64,000 nt of DNA, from the NCBI GenBank assembly GCA_013911165.1, contig JACETR010000007.1:1144-65143 (forward strand), read 5' to 3'. Below, in pieces: positions 28,295 to 37,905 of this stretch. The notes beneath the pieces were generated by a model that saw only the letters and a program-made list of their open reading frames with translations, was not told the DNA's origin and did no database searches. The DNA is from Planctomycetota bacterium. Lineage in GTDB: Bacteria; Planctomycetota; UBA8108; UBA1146. Position numbers and translations under genes: made by a program. Numbering within the stretch: the first letter of the stretch is position 1; each line of letters begins with the position of its first letter.

Positions 28295-28899
28295 ACTCAC
28301 TGGACCCGGTCCCCGCGATTCCACGCTGGTCCTTCCTGACAGTGTTGATCATGATCGCCCTGCTGACCCCCTTCGACAGTGGGATCATCTCTGCAATTCC
28401 AGAAAGTCCGGGTCAACAAAGAGGGGATCTGATGGCCCTCTTCAGAATCCTCGGATACCTGCCGACATGGGTGGGAATCTCCCTCCTCCTGCTGGTCGCC
28501 CAATCGAACACTGACAGGCCCCGACTGCCTTCGCACACCAAGAGTCTCCTGCTGACTCCAATGATCTCAGGGGCCCTCTCAGAGGCCTTGAAACCGATCT
28601 TCAGAAGGCCTGATCCAGTTCCCGGGCTGGTCGATACGTGGCAACGGGCCCCTTTTGGGCCTGAGTGGTGGGACGGCACTGATTTCTGCTTTCCCAGCGG
28701 TCACAGCGCAGTGGCATTCGGTGCTGCCATATCCATCAGCAGACATTGGCCCGGTACGACCCCGTGGATCTTTCTGGCAGCAGCAGGTTGTGCAGCGACT
28801 CGAATTCTCGAACACGGGCACTACCCCACTGACGTACTCGCAAGCCTGCTGATCGCACTTTGGGTGAGTCAGAGGCTGGAACCTGTCATTCGTGACTAG
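28291..28899 (+). CDS. PAP2-family phosphatase (membrane)
   Basis: The PAP2 motifs are KPIFRRPDP, PSGHSA and HYPTDV. It overlaps GT39 by 4 nt. Confidence 0.85.
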   Translation: MNSLDPVPAIPRWSFLTVLIMIALLTPFDSGIISAIPESPGQQRGDLMALFRILGYLPTWVGISLLLLVAQSNTDRPRLPSHTKSLLLTPMISGALSEALKPIFRRPDPVPGLVDTWQRAPFGPEWWDGTDFCFPSGHSAVAFGAAISISRHWPGTTPWIFLAAAGCAATRILEHGHYPTDVLASLLIALWVSQRLEPVIRD

Positions 28900-29018
28900 G
28901 CGGACCTATTTCGCTGATTTCTCCCCCTGACGAGTGCCAATCAGGTCCTTTGGAACAAAGGTATTCCAGACCCCAATAACCCAAGTACTTATTATCTGCA
29001 GGCGGTATATTTTCCCTT

Positions 29019-29363
29019 ATGGAAGAGTACAGAAATCAAACACTACCGTTCGATCCTGTATTGGTCAGTGATTTGTTGCGCACCATGGCCCATCCCATGC
29101 GCCTGCGAATGCTTCAGTTGTTGATGCTGAATCGTTACAACGTGGGTGAACTCGCCAAGGTCTGCAAGATTCAAAATCACATGGCTTCCGAACACCTTCG
29201 ATTGATGCAAAGGTCAGGATTACTCTCGAGTCAACGGGAAGGTCGCAAGATCTACTACACCGTGACGAACTCCGGGGTGATTGAACTTTTGCGTTGTATT
29301 GCAGGTTACGGAATCAAGACCGAGACAACCTTCGAACGCGGAACCATTCCAGGGCAAGATTAA
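29019..29363 (+). CDS. ArsR/SmtB-family transcriptional regulator
   Basis: LLRTMAHPMRLRMLQLLMLNRYNVGELAKVC ... GRKIYYTV is a winged-HTH of the ArsR type. Confidence 0.85.
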   Translation: MEEYRNQTLPFDPVLVSDLLRTMAHPMRLRMLQLLMLNRYNVGELAKVCKIQNHMASEHLRLMQRSGLLSSQREGRKIYYTVTNSGVIELLRCIAGYGIKTETTFERGTIPGQD

Positions 29364-29388
29364 TCTTCAGCTTGTGTCATCAGCCCGG

Positions 29389-30678
29389 TCACTGATGTCG
29401 AAGTGCTGAGATGGGATCAAGAGCAGCCGCTCTTCTGGCCGGATAAATTCCTGACGTAATTCCGACAGCGACGGAAATCGTCAAGGCGACCAGTATGCTT
29501 ATTGGGGTTATCACCGCAGTCCAACCCGTGAAAATCACGAGGATCTGGACCAGGCCAAACCCCAGAAAGATACCCAACACGCCTCCCAGGATAGAGATCG
29601 TTGTCGTCTCAGTCAGAAACTGGGCGATGATATGTCTCTTTTGAGCCCCCAATGCCCTGCGAACTCCGATCTCTCGTGTGCGTTCAGTGACGGTCGCCAG
29701 CATGATGTTGGCGATGCCGATCCCTCCTACCAGGAGGGATATGGACGCGATGGCGACCAGTGCGATATTGAAGACCTGCTGGGTTTTTCGTCGCTGGGCC
29801 AAAACCTCCAGCGGAACGATCATTTCGTAATCTTTTTCCGGATGATTTCGGGAGAGAAGATTTTCAATCGTTCGAGAGGTCAAGATCACCTGATCAAGGT
29901 CTTCAACCTCAACCACGATCTGGTTCAATTCCACGTCGGTGGCTTCCCAGCTACCTGCACTTCCAGAGAAAGACCTCGTTCCCTGTCGCTTGAGTACCGT
30001 CTGATAGGGAACATAGATTTCCGAGCTGCGGGCGTCGGCGACCAGGGCCTTTTGTGCGTAACCCTGAAAACGGTCCTCCGAAAGAACACCGACGATGGTG
30101 AACTTTTGATCCTCGATCGTCAGTACATAACCGACGGGGTCTTCATAAATCCCCAGTTCCTGAAGCAGGCCTGAGCGGACCACACAAACGCGGGCCAAGT
30201 CTTCCTCATCCTGGGGACTCAGTGCCCTTCCACTGGCAATCTCCAATCCGAACACTTCAAAGTAGTCCGGCTCAACTGCAAACAGGGTACTTTCGATCCA
30301 GCGGCTTCCATTCCATGCCTTCTTTTTACTGAGATGGACTGGAAGCACCCGTTCGATTCCGGGAATCGTCTCAACGATCTGCCGGTGATCCTTGAATTTC
30401 AGACCGTAGTAGTTGATCCACCCCCTGCGGCTACTGCTACTGCTGCTGTTACTCTCTGGCTGTTCCGGCTCCACAGAGTTGATAATTATGTTCTGGATTC
30501 CCAAACGACCGATTTCCTGCAGCAACTCTTTCTCGGCACCAGCCCCCAGAGCCAACATGGCGATGACGGATCCGACTCCAAACACGACCCCCAGCATCGT
30601 CAGAACTGTCCTCATGGGGTAGCCCAGAAGGCTCTGCAATCCCATACGCAAAAGTTCTTTTTTCTTCCGCGAAATCAT
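29389..30678 (-). CDS. ABC transporter permease, MacB/FtsX type
   Basis: It has an N-terminal TM segment, a large periplasmic domain and a C-terminal FtsX block (TERTREIGVRRALGAQKRHI). Confidence 0.9.
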   Translation of the reverse strand: MISRKKKELLRMGLQSLLGYPMRTVLTMLGVVFGVGSVIAMLALGAGAEKELLQEIGRLGIQNIIINSVEPEQPESNSSSSSSRRGWINYYGLKFKDHRQIVETIPGIERVLPVHLSKKKAWNGSRWIESTLFAVEPDYFEVFGLEIASGRALSPQDEEDLARVCVVRSGLLQELGIYEDPVGYVLTIEDQKFTIVGVLSEDRFQGYAQKALVADARSSEIYVPYQTVLKRQGTRSFSGSAGSWEATDVELNQIVVEVEDLDQVILTSRTIENLLSRNHPEKDYEMIVPLEVLAQRRKTQQVFNIALVAIASISLLVGGIGIANIMLATVTERTREIGVRRALGAQKRHIIAQFLTETTTISILGGVLGIFLGFGLVQILVIFTGWTAVITPISILVALTISVAVGITSGIYPARRAAALDPISALRHQ

Positions 30679-31358
30679 GAGGTCTCCTCGATCACCAGTC
30701 CGTCGTGGATACGAACCTGCCTTTGAGCTCGCAGAGCCACTTCCTGATCGTGGGTGATCATGATGATGGTTCTTCCGTCACCATGAAGCGAATCCATCAA
30801 CTCGAGAACTTCCTGACCTGTTTTGGAATCCAGATTTCCCGTCGGTTCATCAGCCAAAAGAATCAACGGGTCATTGACCAGAGATCGGGCAATCGCCACT
30901 CGTTGACATTCTCCTCCGGACAATTGAGACGGACGGTGAGAGAGCCTGTGAGACAAACCCACTGAATCGAGAATCGAGCGACAGTGCTCCTCTTTCTCCC
31001 TGATGGAAGCTTCCCCATACAAGAGTGGTACCTGAACATTCTCAAGAACGGTCAATTGTGGAATCAGCTGAAAACTCTGAAAGATGAATCCGATATCTTC
31101 GTTTCGGATTCTTGAAAGCTCGTCATCGGACTGCTGGGAAACATCTTTTCCACCCAGGAGGTAAGACCCCTCTGTCGGAACATCCAGACACCCCAGCAGA
31201 TTCAAAAGGGTAGACTTGCCCGACCCTGAGGTTCCCATGATGGAAACGAACTGCCCCTGAGTGACATCAAGGTGAATCCCCTTGAGAACATGCAATCGTG
31301 GTTCAACTTCACCGTAGTATTTGTGAATTCCCTCAAGGGAAATGATCGGCTGGGGCAA
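30675..31358 (-). CDS. ABC transporter ATP-binding protein (MacB/LolD-like)
   Basis: Walker A is GTSGSGKST, the signature is LSGGECQRV, and Walker B is LLADEPTGNLD. The open frame extends to 31502 but overlaps the adaptor gene there. I prefer TTG at 31358, 1 nt after the adaptor stop. This start is uncertain. Confidence 0.85.
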   Translation of the reverse strand: MPQPIISLEGIHKYYGEVEPRLHVLKGIHLDVTQGQFVSIMGTSGSGKSTLLNLLGCLDVPTEGSYLLGGKDVSQQSDDELSRIRNEDIGFIFQSFQLIPQLTVLENVQVPLLYGEASIREKEEHCRSILDSVGLSHRLSHRPSQLSGGECQRVAIARSLVNDPLILLADEPTGNLDSKTGQEVLELMDSLHGDGRTIIMITHDQEVALRAQRQVRIHDGLVIEETS

Positions 31359-31359
31359 C

Positions 31360-32862
31360 TCAGGGATTACTTCCGGGAAGAATGGCTGCCGTCGTTCCCA
31401 CCGCCGGTTTTTCTTCAGTGGAAGACTCTGCCTGATCAGGTTTGTAAAGCAGGACTTTTTCACCCTCAGACAAACCCTCTGTGATTTCAAGATAACTCTC
31501 ATTCGAACGCCCCACCTGAACGCTCCGCTTCTCCGGTTTCCCGGTGGTCATGACATAGCAATGGAAAGACCCGGACTCTGCATAAACGGCCTGGATCGGA
31601 ACGTGCAGTACATTATCCAGATTACCGGTGTTGATCACCACTTCCGCAGAGGTTCCCGGTTTCAGGGAGAGTTCACTTCCGCGTAACTGAATCTCCACCG
31701 AAAACCTGCGAACACGATCCCCCCAGCGTCGGTCACCGGCATTGGCCACCGAATCAATTTTTGTAACTTCTCCATTGTAGATACGGGTCTTGTTGACGTC
31801 GGAGCGAATCTCAGCGGCCATCCCAACCTTGACCTTGTCGATGTCGGCTTCGTGGATCTTGATCAAAACTGCCATCTCACTGGGGTCAGGAATTGTCAAA
31901 AGGACATGGTTGAAGTAGGTATCCCCTCCAACACGTACCTCGTCGCGATCCCAAGGTCTGTCCGGATTGCCGTAGAAGACAATCCCACTGGCGGTTGAGA
32001 AAACAGACATTTTGCTGAGATTGTCTTTTTCGCGATCCAATTCCTCCTGCGACTCCGCCACACGGCGCTCATACTGACTGACTTTCAGATCGATATTGGC
32101 GAGGGATTTTTCTGCCGCCCTTGTTTCCATTTCGAGGGCTCGAGCGGCCTGAGAAACGCTGGACTCTTTTTGTTTGACGGAAAGAGGCTTTTCGTAGGAA
32201 TCATAAAGATTTTCATTTTGATTGGCGGTCACCAGAGCTTCTCGGCGCTCCTTCAGCTTGATTCTCTCCTGCTCGAACTGGTCGGAAGTCACAAAGCCCT
32301 TCTCCAGCATTGTTGGCATGTCTTCCCAAAGACCCTCTGATCGATCCAGTTCCGACTGAGCTCTTTCAATGGCCAGACTCAGTTCCCTTTCCCTGCGGGG
32401 AATATCGCCTCGCCTCAGTTTTTCCAACTCAACTTGTGCCACTTCCAGCGCCAATTGGGCCTTCTCCAAATTGGTCTTGTTGCGGTCCTCTTGGATCTTT
32501 CGATCGTTGCGTGCTGAAAACAGGGACGTTTCCTCGGCTATCAACTCGTTTTCCAGTTGGTCGATCCGTTTTTGGACCTCTGTTTTCTCCAGTTCGACGA
32601 TGAGGTCGCCCTCCTTGACCTGAGAGCCCTCATCGACCATCCACTCGATGCGGCGCCTTCCCCGAACTTCTGAACGAATACGGGTCGCATTGCGTGTGGT
32701 GAGAGTTCCCCTTTCAGTCAGCGTAATCGGCAGGTCACCCCGGCCGACGGTCACCATTCCTCCACCACCATTCTCAGCAGTTTCTCCTCCAAAAAAGACG
32801 AAGAAAATTCCTGCGAGAATGATCAGGCCTACGATCAGGCGGATCTGTTCTTTCGATTTCAT
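31360..32862 (-). CDS. Efflux periplasmic adaptor (HlyD/MacA family)
   Basis: It has an N-terminal anchor, a long coiled-coil hairpin and beta-barrel segments (GMAAEIRSD, GTSAEVVI). Confidence 0.85.
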   Translation of the reverse strand: MKSKEQIRLIVGLIILAGIFFVFFGGETAENGGGGMVTVGRGDLPITLTERGTLTTRNATRIRSEVRGRRRIEWMVDEGSQVKEGDLIVELEKTEVQKRIDQLENELIAEETSLFSARNDRKIQEDRNKTNLEKAQLALEVAQVELEKLRRGDIPRRERELSLAIERAQSELDRSEGLWEDMPTMLEKGFVTSDQFEQERIKLKERREALVTANQNENLYDSYEKPLSVKQKESSVSQAARALEMETRAAEKSLANIDLKVSQYERRVAESQEELDREKDNLSKMSVFSTASGIVFYGNPDRPWDRDEVRVGGDTYFNHVLLTIPDPSEMAVLIKIHEADIDKVKVGMAAEIRSDVNKTRIYNGEVTKIDSVANAGDRRWGDRVRRFSVEIQLRGSELSLKPGTSAEVVINTGNLDNVLHVPIQAVYAESGSFHCYVMTTGKPEKRSVQVGRSNESYLEITEGLSEGEKVLLYKPDQAESSTEEKPAVGTTAAILPGSNP

Positions 32863-34427
32863 GAAATGATCATCCCTTCCTCCGAGACGAAGAGCAGTCC
32901 CAACAATCGATAGATTTCAAGAATCTGGATTTCATGGGAGACAATCCGATCCAGTTGGGAATTCTTGGCTTCTGTCAGAGCTGTTTGTGCTTCAACAACA
33001 TCCCGGTTGGTCACCGTGCCACGAGTCTGGTCGATCTCTGCTTTTTCAACTGTCAGGGAGAGAGACTCGATGGACCGGGATCCAATTTCCAACTGAAATT
33101 TGAGTTGGTCCAACTGACGCAGGGCGGACTGCACTTCCAGACGAACCTGTTGTTCCTTGAGATCGAGTCCCCTGATTTCTCTCTCGAGAGCGATCTCTGC
33201 GTTTCGAAACGCGTTTCTGCGTCCCATTCGATCCAGCGGAATCTCCAGGTTCAGTCCCGCTGAGTATGATTCACCGTCACCCCAGTCAAGACCAGAAAAG
33301 GAATCGGTGATCTCGGATGAGGATCCATAACTGAGGCTCAGGTTCAGGTCAGGCAACAATCCATTTCTGGCAATGTCCAGGTCGACCCTGACGTCTTCCA
33401 GCTGATCCCTTGCAGTCAAAAGATCCAACCGATTATTCATGGCTGCGGCCAAAGCTGCATCCAGTGAGATGGAGAACTCGGAGAGTTCCGGAAAATCACC
33501 GATCAACTCTATGTCGCTGTCGATCGAGATTCCCAAATCAATTTTGAAGTTGTCGAGCGCATTCTGAAACTGTTCGACGGCATTGGACTGACTGTTTTTG
33601 GCAACAAGCAATGCCTGTTCCGCTCGAAAGACATCCAGGCTGCTTCCGGTACCGATTCGGAAAAGGGCCTTCGCCTGGTCGTAGGCGAACTGTTGGCCAC
33701 GGACATTTTCCTCAGCATTCGCCAACTGAATCTTCTGACTCAACAGGTTGTAGAACTTCTGTGTGATCTGAATTGCGAAATTCTGGCGATAGCCTTCAAA
33801 GTTTCTCGCAGCGTACAGGAGATTTCGCTCGGCATCCGTCAGAGCGTCATAGGGAATATCTTTCCCAGCTCCCCTCAACAGCGGTTGAGTAATACTCGCA
33901 CTGAAGTTTCCGGAGTAATCTCGCACGGCAGAGGTTCCGTCATCGACGCGATCACTCCCTGCGGACACGCTGAGACGACCACCTGTAAAGAGGTACTGCT
34001 GACCATTGAGAGACAGGCCGGCAACCTTGGAAAGTTCGTCTTCATCTGACGAACCAGAAACATTGTAAGAGAGGCTTCCGGAAAAAACGGGCCTGAGAAA
34101 ATCTCTGCGGGTCACCCCCAATGAAAGCGCGGACTGAAAAAGGGATTCCCTTTGACTGAGATAACCACGATTGAGACGGGTTCCCAATCTCAATGCCGAT
34201 TCAAGAGTGACCTGCTCTACGATCACCGGAGGTTTTTCGGAGTCATCGACCACAGAATTGCTGAATGGATCGATGAGATCCTCACTGCGGAAACGCTGAA
34301 CTTCAGCGACCACTTCGGAACGAATCGCATCACCCTGGTCCTGGGCCAAACGGTGAACCCGGCTGACACATCCGTTGAGGATGACCAGAAGGGCCATGGC
34401 AATTAGTGGTCGGGTAAAATGCGTCAT
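32859..34427 (-). CDS. TolC-family outer membrane efflux protein
   Basis: It shows a duplicated OEP repeat architecture (LTLESALRLG... and LDAALAAAMNNRLDLL...). It overlaps the adaptor gene by 4 nt. Confidence 0.85.
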   Translation of the reverse strand: MTHFTRPLIAMALLVILNGCVSRVHRLAQDQGDAIRSEVVAEVQRFRSEDLIDPFSNSVVDDSEKPPVIVEQVTLESALRLGTRLNRGYLSQRESLFQSALSLGVTRRDFLRPVFSGSLSYNVSGSSDEDELSKVAGLSLNGQQYLFTGGRLSVSAGSDRVDDGTSAVRDYSGNFSASITQPLLRGAGKDIPYDALTDAERNLLYAARNFEGYRQNFAIQITQKFYNLLSQKIQLANAEENVRGQQFAYDQAKALFRIGTGSSLDVFRAEQALLVAKNSQSNAVEQFQNALDNFKIDLGISIDSDIELIGDFPELSEFSISLDAALAAAMNNRLDLLTARDQLEDVRVDLDIARNGLLPDLNLSLSYGSSSEITDSFSGLDWGDGESYSAGLNLEIPLDRMGRRNAFRNAEIALEREIRGLDLKEQQVRLEVQSALRQLDQLKFQLEIGSRSIESLSLTVEKAEIDQTRGTVTNRDVVEAQTALTEAKNSQLDRIVSHEIQILEIYRLLGLLFVSEEGMIIS

Positions 34428-34599
34428 CTGTTCCTGACTGGACGTTATTTTTTCAAACCTTGAGGTTCACTTTACCCGATGGGGATTATTCAACAATCGC
34501 GACACCGGGTCAGACCCCAATAGTGCAATCGATTTGCAAACTTCTTCATGGTCAGACTGGAAGGCTCCTGAAGGGGCTTCAAACGATCCAGAAATGGAA

Positions 34600-34629
34600 A
34601 TCGCCCCTTTCCTTGCGGAAAGGGGCGAT
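34600..34629 (-). terminator. Stem-loop immediately 3' of tRNA-Asn
   Basis: A perfect 13-bp stem, atcgcccctttcc / ggaaaggggcgat, with loop ttgc. On the minus strand it is followed by ttccatttc, which is only moderately T-rich. Confidence 0.55.
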
Positions 34630-34631
34630 CA

Positions 34632-34707
34632 TGGCTCCCCGGGTTGGACTCGAACCAACAACCAAGTGATTAACAGTCACCTACTCTGCCAATTGAGCTA
34701 CCGGGGA
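34632..34707 (-). tRNA. tRNA-Asn (anticodon GTT), CCA encoded
   Basis: The minus-strand sequence TCCCCGGTAGCTCAATTGGCAGAGTAGGTGACTGTTAATCACTTGGTTGTTGGTTCGAGTCCAACCCGGGGAGCCA folds as a cloverleaf. The acceptor is 7 bp, the anticodon stem is GGTGA/TCACT with loop CTGTTAA, and the T-loop is TTCGAGT. Confidence 0.95.
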
Positions 34708-34886
34708 AGTGCTGTGTGTGAAAAAACTTATCCCTCAAGGAGAGAAGTGTCAATCATTGCTGGCCAATGGGACCCACAAGCGGAAAAATTGACCTGCCAC
34801 CCCCCCTGTCGGAGTCCGGATCAGGCCACCCCAGAATGTTGACTTTAATCAATATTCTGCGATCCTTCAACTCGAAAGGAGGGGGA

Positions 34887-35942
34887 ATGGCAAATCCAAC
34901 CACGCAGAGATGGGGTAAATCCAAAGAAGTCTCCCTGGGGCCCACGGAGGTGGAACGATTAAAAAAACGATTCCCTGAGTTTATCGGTCAATCGGAGTCG
35001 CTTCTGAGGGTTCTTCAGCAGATCGAACAGTACGCGGCCTCTGACGCTCCGGTACTGATTCAGGGTGAAAGCGGCACCGGGAAAGAACTGGTCGCCAGAG
35101 CATTGCACCGTCTGGGCCCCCGACGCCATGGCCCCATCGTCGCCGAAAACTGCGCTGCACTGGCTCCTGCCATGCTCGAGGGAGAGCTGTTTGGCCACAA
35201 TCGCGGAGCCTTTACCGGAGCCCACTCGGAGAGAGCGGGACTGATCGAATCTGCCCATGGCGGGGTTCTTTTTCTCGACGAAATCACGGAAACGAGCCTC
35301 GAACTTCAATCGAAACTTCTGCGGGTATTGCAGGAAAAGGAGATCCGTCGCCTCGGCAGCAGTCAGTCTCGCAAGGTCGACTTCCGCCTGATCTGCGCCA
35401 GCCATCGCAATGTTGAAAGCGCAGTGGAAGCCGGTCTGTTTCGTGAAGATTTGAGATACCGCATCGATGTACTCAGAATCCAGTTGCCTTCCCTGCGCCA
35501 TCGGAGACAGGACATCCCCCAGCTTTGCAGGACTTTCCTCGGGAGATATTGCCAAAAGATAGGTCGGAGGATCCCCACTATCTCAGCGGATGCCATGACC
35601 GTTTTGATCAGCTCCAGGTGGCAGGGAAACATTCGGGAACTGCAGAACGAAATGGAAAGACTGGCCAATCAGATGGGACCGAGAATCCATGCAGACCAAC
35701 TCTCGGAATCTCTGCAACAGGAAGGGATCCCCCACCCGATGGCACTCAAACTGCGTGCTGAAGTGGGGACCGATCTTCAAAAGCTGGAGAAAATTGTCCT
35801 CGGTGGAGTCGTCAAGGACGTCCTCAGGGAAACTTCAGGCAACAAGGCCCAAGCCGCTCGCTTGCTGGGAATTCCCAAGACAACCCTGTATCGTCGACTC
35901 GACCGTTATGGGGTCCGAAGACAACACGGACAACAACCCTAA
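34887..35942 (+). CDS. Sigma-54-dependent transcriptional activator (AAA+ plus Fis-type HTH, no N-terminal sensor/receiver domain)
   Basis: The motifs are GESGTGKE, GAFTGA (NRGAFTGA), the GNIRELQN-type sensor II, and the C-terminal HTH AARLLGIPKTTLYRRL. ATG at 34887 lies after aaaggaggggga. The listed ORF starts at 34767. Confidence 0.85.
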   Translation: MANPTTQRWGKSKEVSLGPTEVERLKKRFPEFIGQSESLLRVLQQIEQYAASDAPVLIQGESGTGKELVARALHRLGPRRHGPIVAENCAALAPAMLEGELFGHNRGAFTGAHSERAGLIESAHGGVLFLDEITETSLELQSKLLRVLQEKEIRRLGSSQSRKVDFRLICASHRNVESAVEAGLFREDLRYRIDVLRIQLPSLRHRRQDIPQLCRTFLGRYCQKIGRRIPTISADAMTVLISSRWQGNIRELQNEMERLANQMGPRIHADQLSESLQQEGIPHPMALKLRAEVGTDLQKLEKIVLGGVVKDVLRETSGNKAQAARLLGIPKTTLYRRLDRYGVRRQHGQQP

Positions 35943-36505
35943 CTGTTGGTCTGGTGAACCTGGGCGATGTAAGGCAAGTTCCGGTAGTAACCCTGCCAAT
36001 CCAGCCCATAACCGACAACGAAATTATTGGGAATCTCGAAACCACAATAATCGATGTGACTTAACTTCACATTGTTCGCCGGCTTGTGCAGCAAAGTGCA
36101 GATGCTGATCGAGGCCGGGTTTCTCGACTCCAGATTCGATTGCAGGTATTTGAGGGTCAATCCGGTATCGACGATGTCTTCGACCAGTAATACATGACGA
36201 TTTGAAATCGATTGTTGAAGATCCAGATCGAGCTTCACCTCACCACTCGTGACGACTGAATCACCATAGGATGAGGCCCTGAGAAAATCGACGGTGAAGG
36301 GGAAATCCAACTGGCGAACCAGATCCGCCACGAAAACAAAGGCCCCCTTGAGAACGCATACGATGACAGGATCCTTGTCTCCCAATTGCTCACGAATCTC
36401 CGCGCTCAGATCACTGATTCGCTGACGGATTTCCTGCTCTTCGTGAAGAACTTCCAGTCGGTGCCCGGGCAATGGTGGATCCGGCTGCAATTTCATGTGG
36501 CCCAT
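35939..36505 (-). CDS. hpt: Hypoxanthine phosphoribosyltransferase
   Basis: VLLVEDIVDTGLTL is the PRPP-binding motif. The C-terminal block NFVVGYGLDWQGYYRNLPYI is also present. Confidence 0.9.
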   Translation of the reverse strand: MGHMKLQPDPPLPGHRLEVLHEEQEIRQRISDLSAEIREQLGDKDPVIVCVLKGAFVFVADLVRQLDFPFTVDFLRASSYGDSVVTSGEVKLDLDLQQSISNRHVLLVEDIVDTGLTLKYLQSNLESRNPASISICTLLHKPANNVKLSHIDYCGFEIPNNFVVGYGLDWQGYYRNLPYIAQVHQTNS

Positions 36506-36556
36506 TTGCTTTATCCTCTTTCTCTTCCCCTATTGTCGATCAGGGCTGCTCTGCTC

Positions 36557-37369
36557 TCAAATCCAGGAATTGTTGATAATCTCGCCGACGCCACCGGCTC
36601 CCGGAACGATGTAATCAATCTCGTTCAAACCACTTTCACGGGAATCTTCTCCGGGGCGCATGGAGAACACCTCTTCAGGGCTTTCCCCACGATCGAGTCG
36701 CAATGCCCAGATTTTTACTCCGGGTTGCTCAACCTTCATATTGCGAATGAACTCGGGGGTCACGATCAAATGGGCGGTCATGATGGCTGCAGGCGTGCCT
36801 CCCACTTCGGACCGATAGTGCTGAATCACCTTCGACAGGGAAGACCCTGTCGCACCCATGGGGTCCGGAAAAATCAAATGGGCCCCATCCACATCTCCAC
36901 CGATCTTGCTGCCGTGAAGAGCCGCTCCTGTCACCGCTCCAGTGTCATCCGTCGTTCTCTCCATGATCACATGATCCTGGCGAACATTGGCAGGATCGAT
37001 CACCTGGTGAAGAACATTCTGACACAGGTGCGATGGGATCGTACCGGCTCGAGCGACGTTGACCGTCACAGCTCTGGAACCGGGATCGACGATCTGTCCA
37101 TGGAAGACGCCCTTGGGCGTCGACTGGATCATGTTCGTTTCACATTCGATCAAACTGCGGGGAAACTCGTGCCCGATCATTCTCTGGAGGAGTCCCCGGT
37201 AAAGAGTTTCCAGAATTTCGTTGAATCGGGGCTGGCGAGTTTCCGGCTTCCCCAACTCCGCCAGCATTCCCAGCGTAAACGGTTCAGCGAGAATATGAAC
37301 ATCCTCACCATAGGCGTGATCGAGACCATTCTTTTCATGGCCCAGGTGATTGTAACTCTTCTCCATCAC
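36557..37369 (-). CDS. Uracil phosphoribosyltransferase-family protein (long form)
   Basis: IFPDPMGATGSS is the PRPP loop, and LNEIDYIVPGAGGVGE is the uracil-binding end motif. It is about 60 aa longer than classical Upp. Confidence 0.7.
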   Translation of the reverse strand: MMEKSYNHLGHEKNGLDHAYGEDVHILAEPFTLGMLAELGKPETRQPRFNEILETLYRGLLQRMIGHEFPRSLIECETNMIQSTPKGVFHGQIVDPGSRAVTVNVARAGTIPSHLCQNVLHQVIDPANVRQDHVIMERTTDDTGAVTGAALHGSKIGGDVDGAHLIFPDPMGATGSSLSKVIQHYRSEVGGTPAAIMTAHLIVTPEFIRNMKVEQPGVKIWALRLDRGESPEEVFSMRPGEDSRESGLNEIDYIVPGAGGVGEIINNSWI

Positions 37370-37833
37370 TCAGTTCCTCCACCGGTATCCAAATCTGCAG
37401 GACCAAATGCATGTGGCAACAACTCTTCCAGAAGAGTCATCGTGATTCCATCTCCTTCGCCGGTATAGATCTGAAGTTTGCGGGAATCGGGCAAATCTGA
37501 CAAGACTTGTCGGCATGCGCCACAGGGCATTGCCGTTACCACTTCCCCATGAGAGTTTCTGGCCACGACAGCGATCGCTTCAGGAATTCCCGGAGAACCG
37601 GCGGATGCCCAGTGCATCACGGCGGAACGCTCGGCGCAAAGGGTCAATCCGTAACTGGAATTTTCGACATTGCAGCCGGGGAAGATCTGGCCTCCGCTGA
37701 GGAGGGCAGCACCGACGCGAAATCCTGAAAAGGTTGCTCTGGAACAGTCCAATTGGGCAACAGCAACCTCATAAAGATCTTCCATGGGTACCGATAGCCC
37801 GGTTCCAGCAGATCCGGATTCAGAGTTCATCAC
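37366..37833 (-). CDS. cdd: Cytidine deaminase
   Basis: The zinc-binding motifs CAERSAV and PCGACRQV are present. It overlaps the downstream gene by 4 nt. Confidence 0.9.
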   Translation of the reverse strand: MMNSESGSAGTGLSVPMEDLYEVAVAQLDCSRATFSGFRVGAALLSGGQIFPGCNVENSSYGLTLCAERSAVMHWASAGSPGIPEAIAVVARNSHGEVVTAMPCGACRQVLSDLPDSRKLQIYTGEGDGITMTLLEELLPHAFGPADLDTGGGTE

Positions 37834-37905
37834 ATTCCTCCCTCATCCTGCCGCGGGAAATCATACCCGAGACAAGGGCCCATGTCCCATAGAGCCATCA
37901 GGGAA

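Noticed and set aside
29378-29397. 6-bp stem (catcag/ctgatg) between convergent arsR and macB, considered as a possible bidirectional terminator
   Set aside because: The stem is short, the loop is 8 nt, there is no T-tract, and it overlaps the macB stop codon. This is too weak to call.
34460-34669. 69-aa ORF (and 34534-34842) overlapping tRNA-Asn and its terminator
   Set aside because: The region is explained by a canonical tRNA cloverleaf and a 13-bp terminator stem on the opposite strand.
34428-34886. Search for a sigma-54 (-24 GG / -12 GC) promoter near the sigma-54 activator and upstream of the TolC-MacAB operon. Also the idea that the efflux operon is a tRNA-Asn-linked genomic island.
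   Set aside because: By eye I found only a weak match on the minus strand, TGGATCgtttgaaGC. The TGCAA-N5-TTGCA inverted repeat has no GG element. No integrase, transposase or direct repeat of the tRNA 3' end is visible.
36386-37468. 360-aa plus-strand ORF spanning the hpt/upp-like/cdd region
   Set aside because: The minus strand encodes three recognisable salvage enzymes with PRPP and zinc motifs. The plus-strand translation is featureless.
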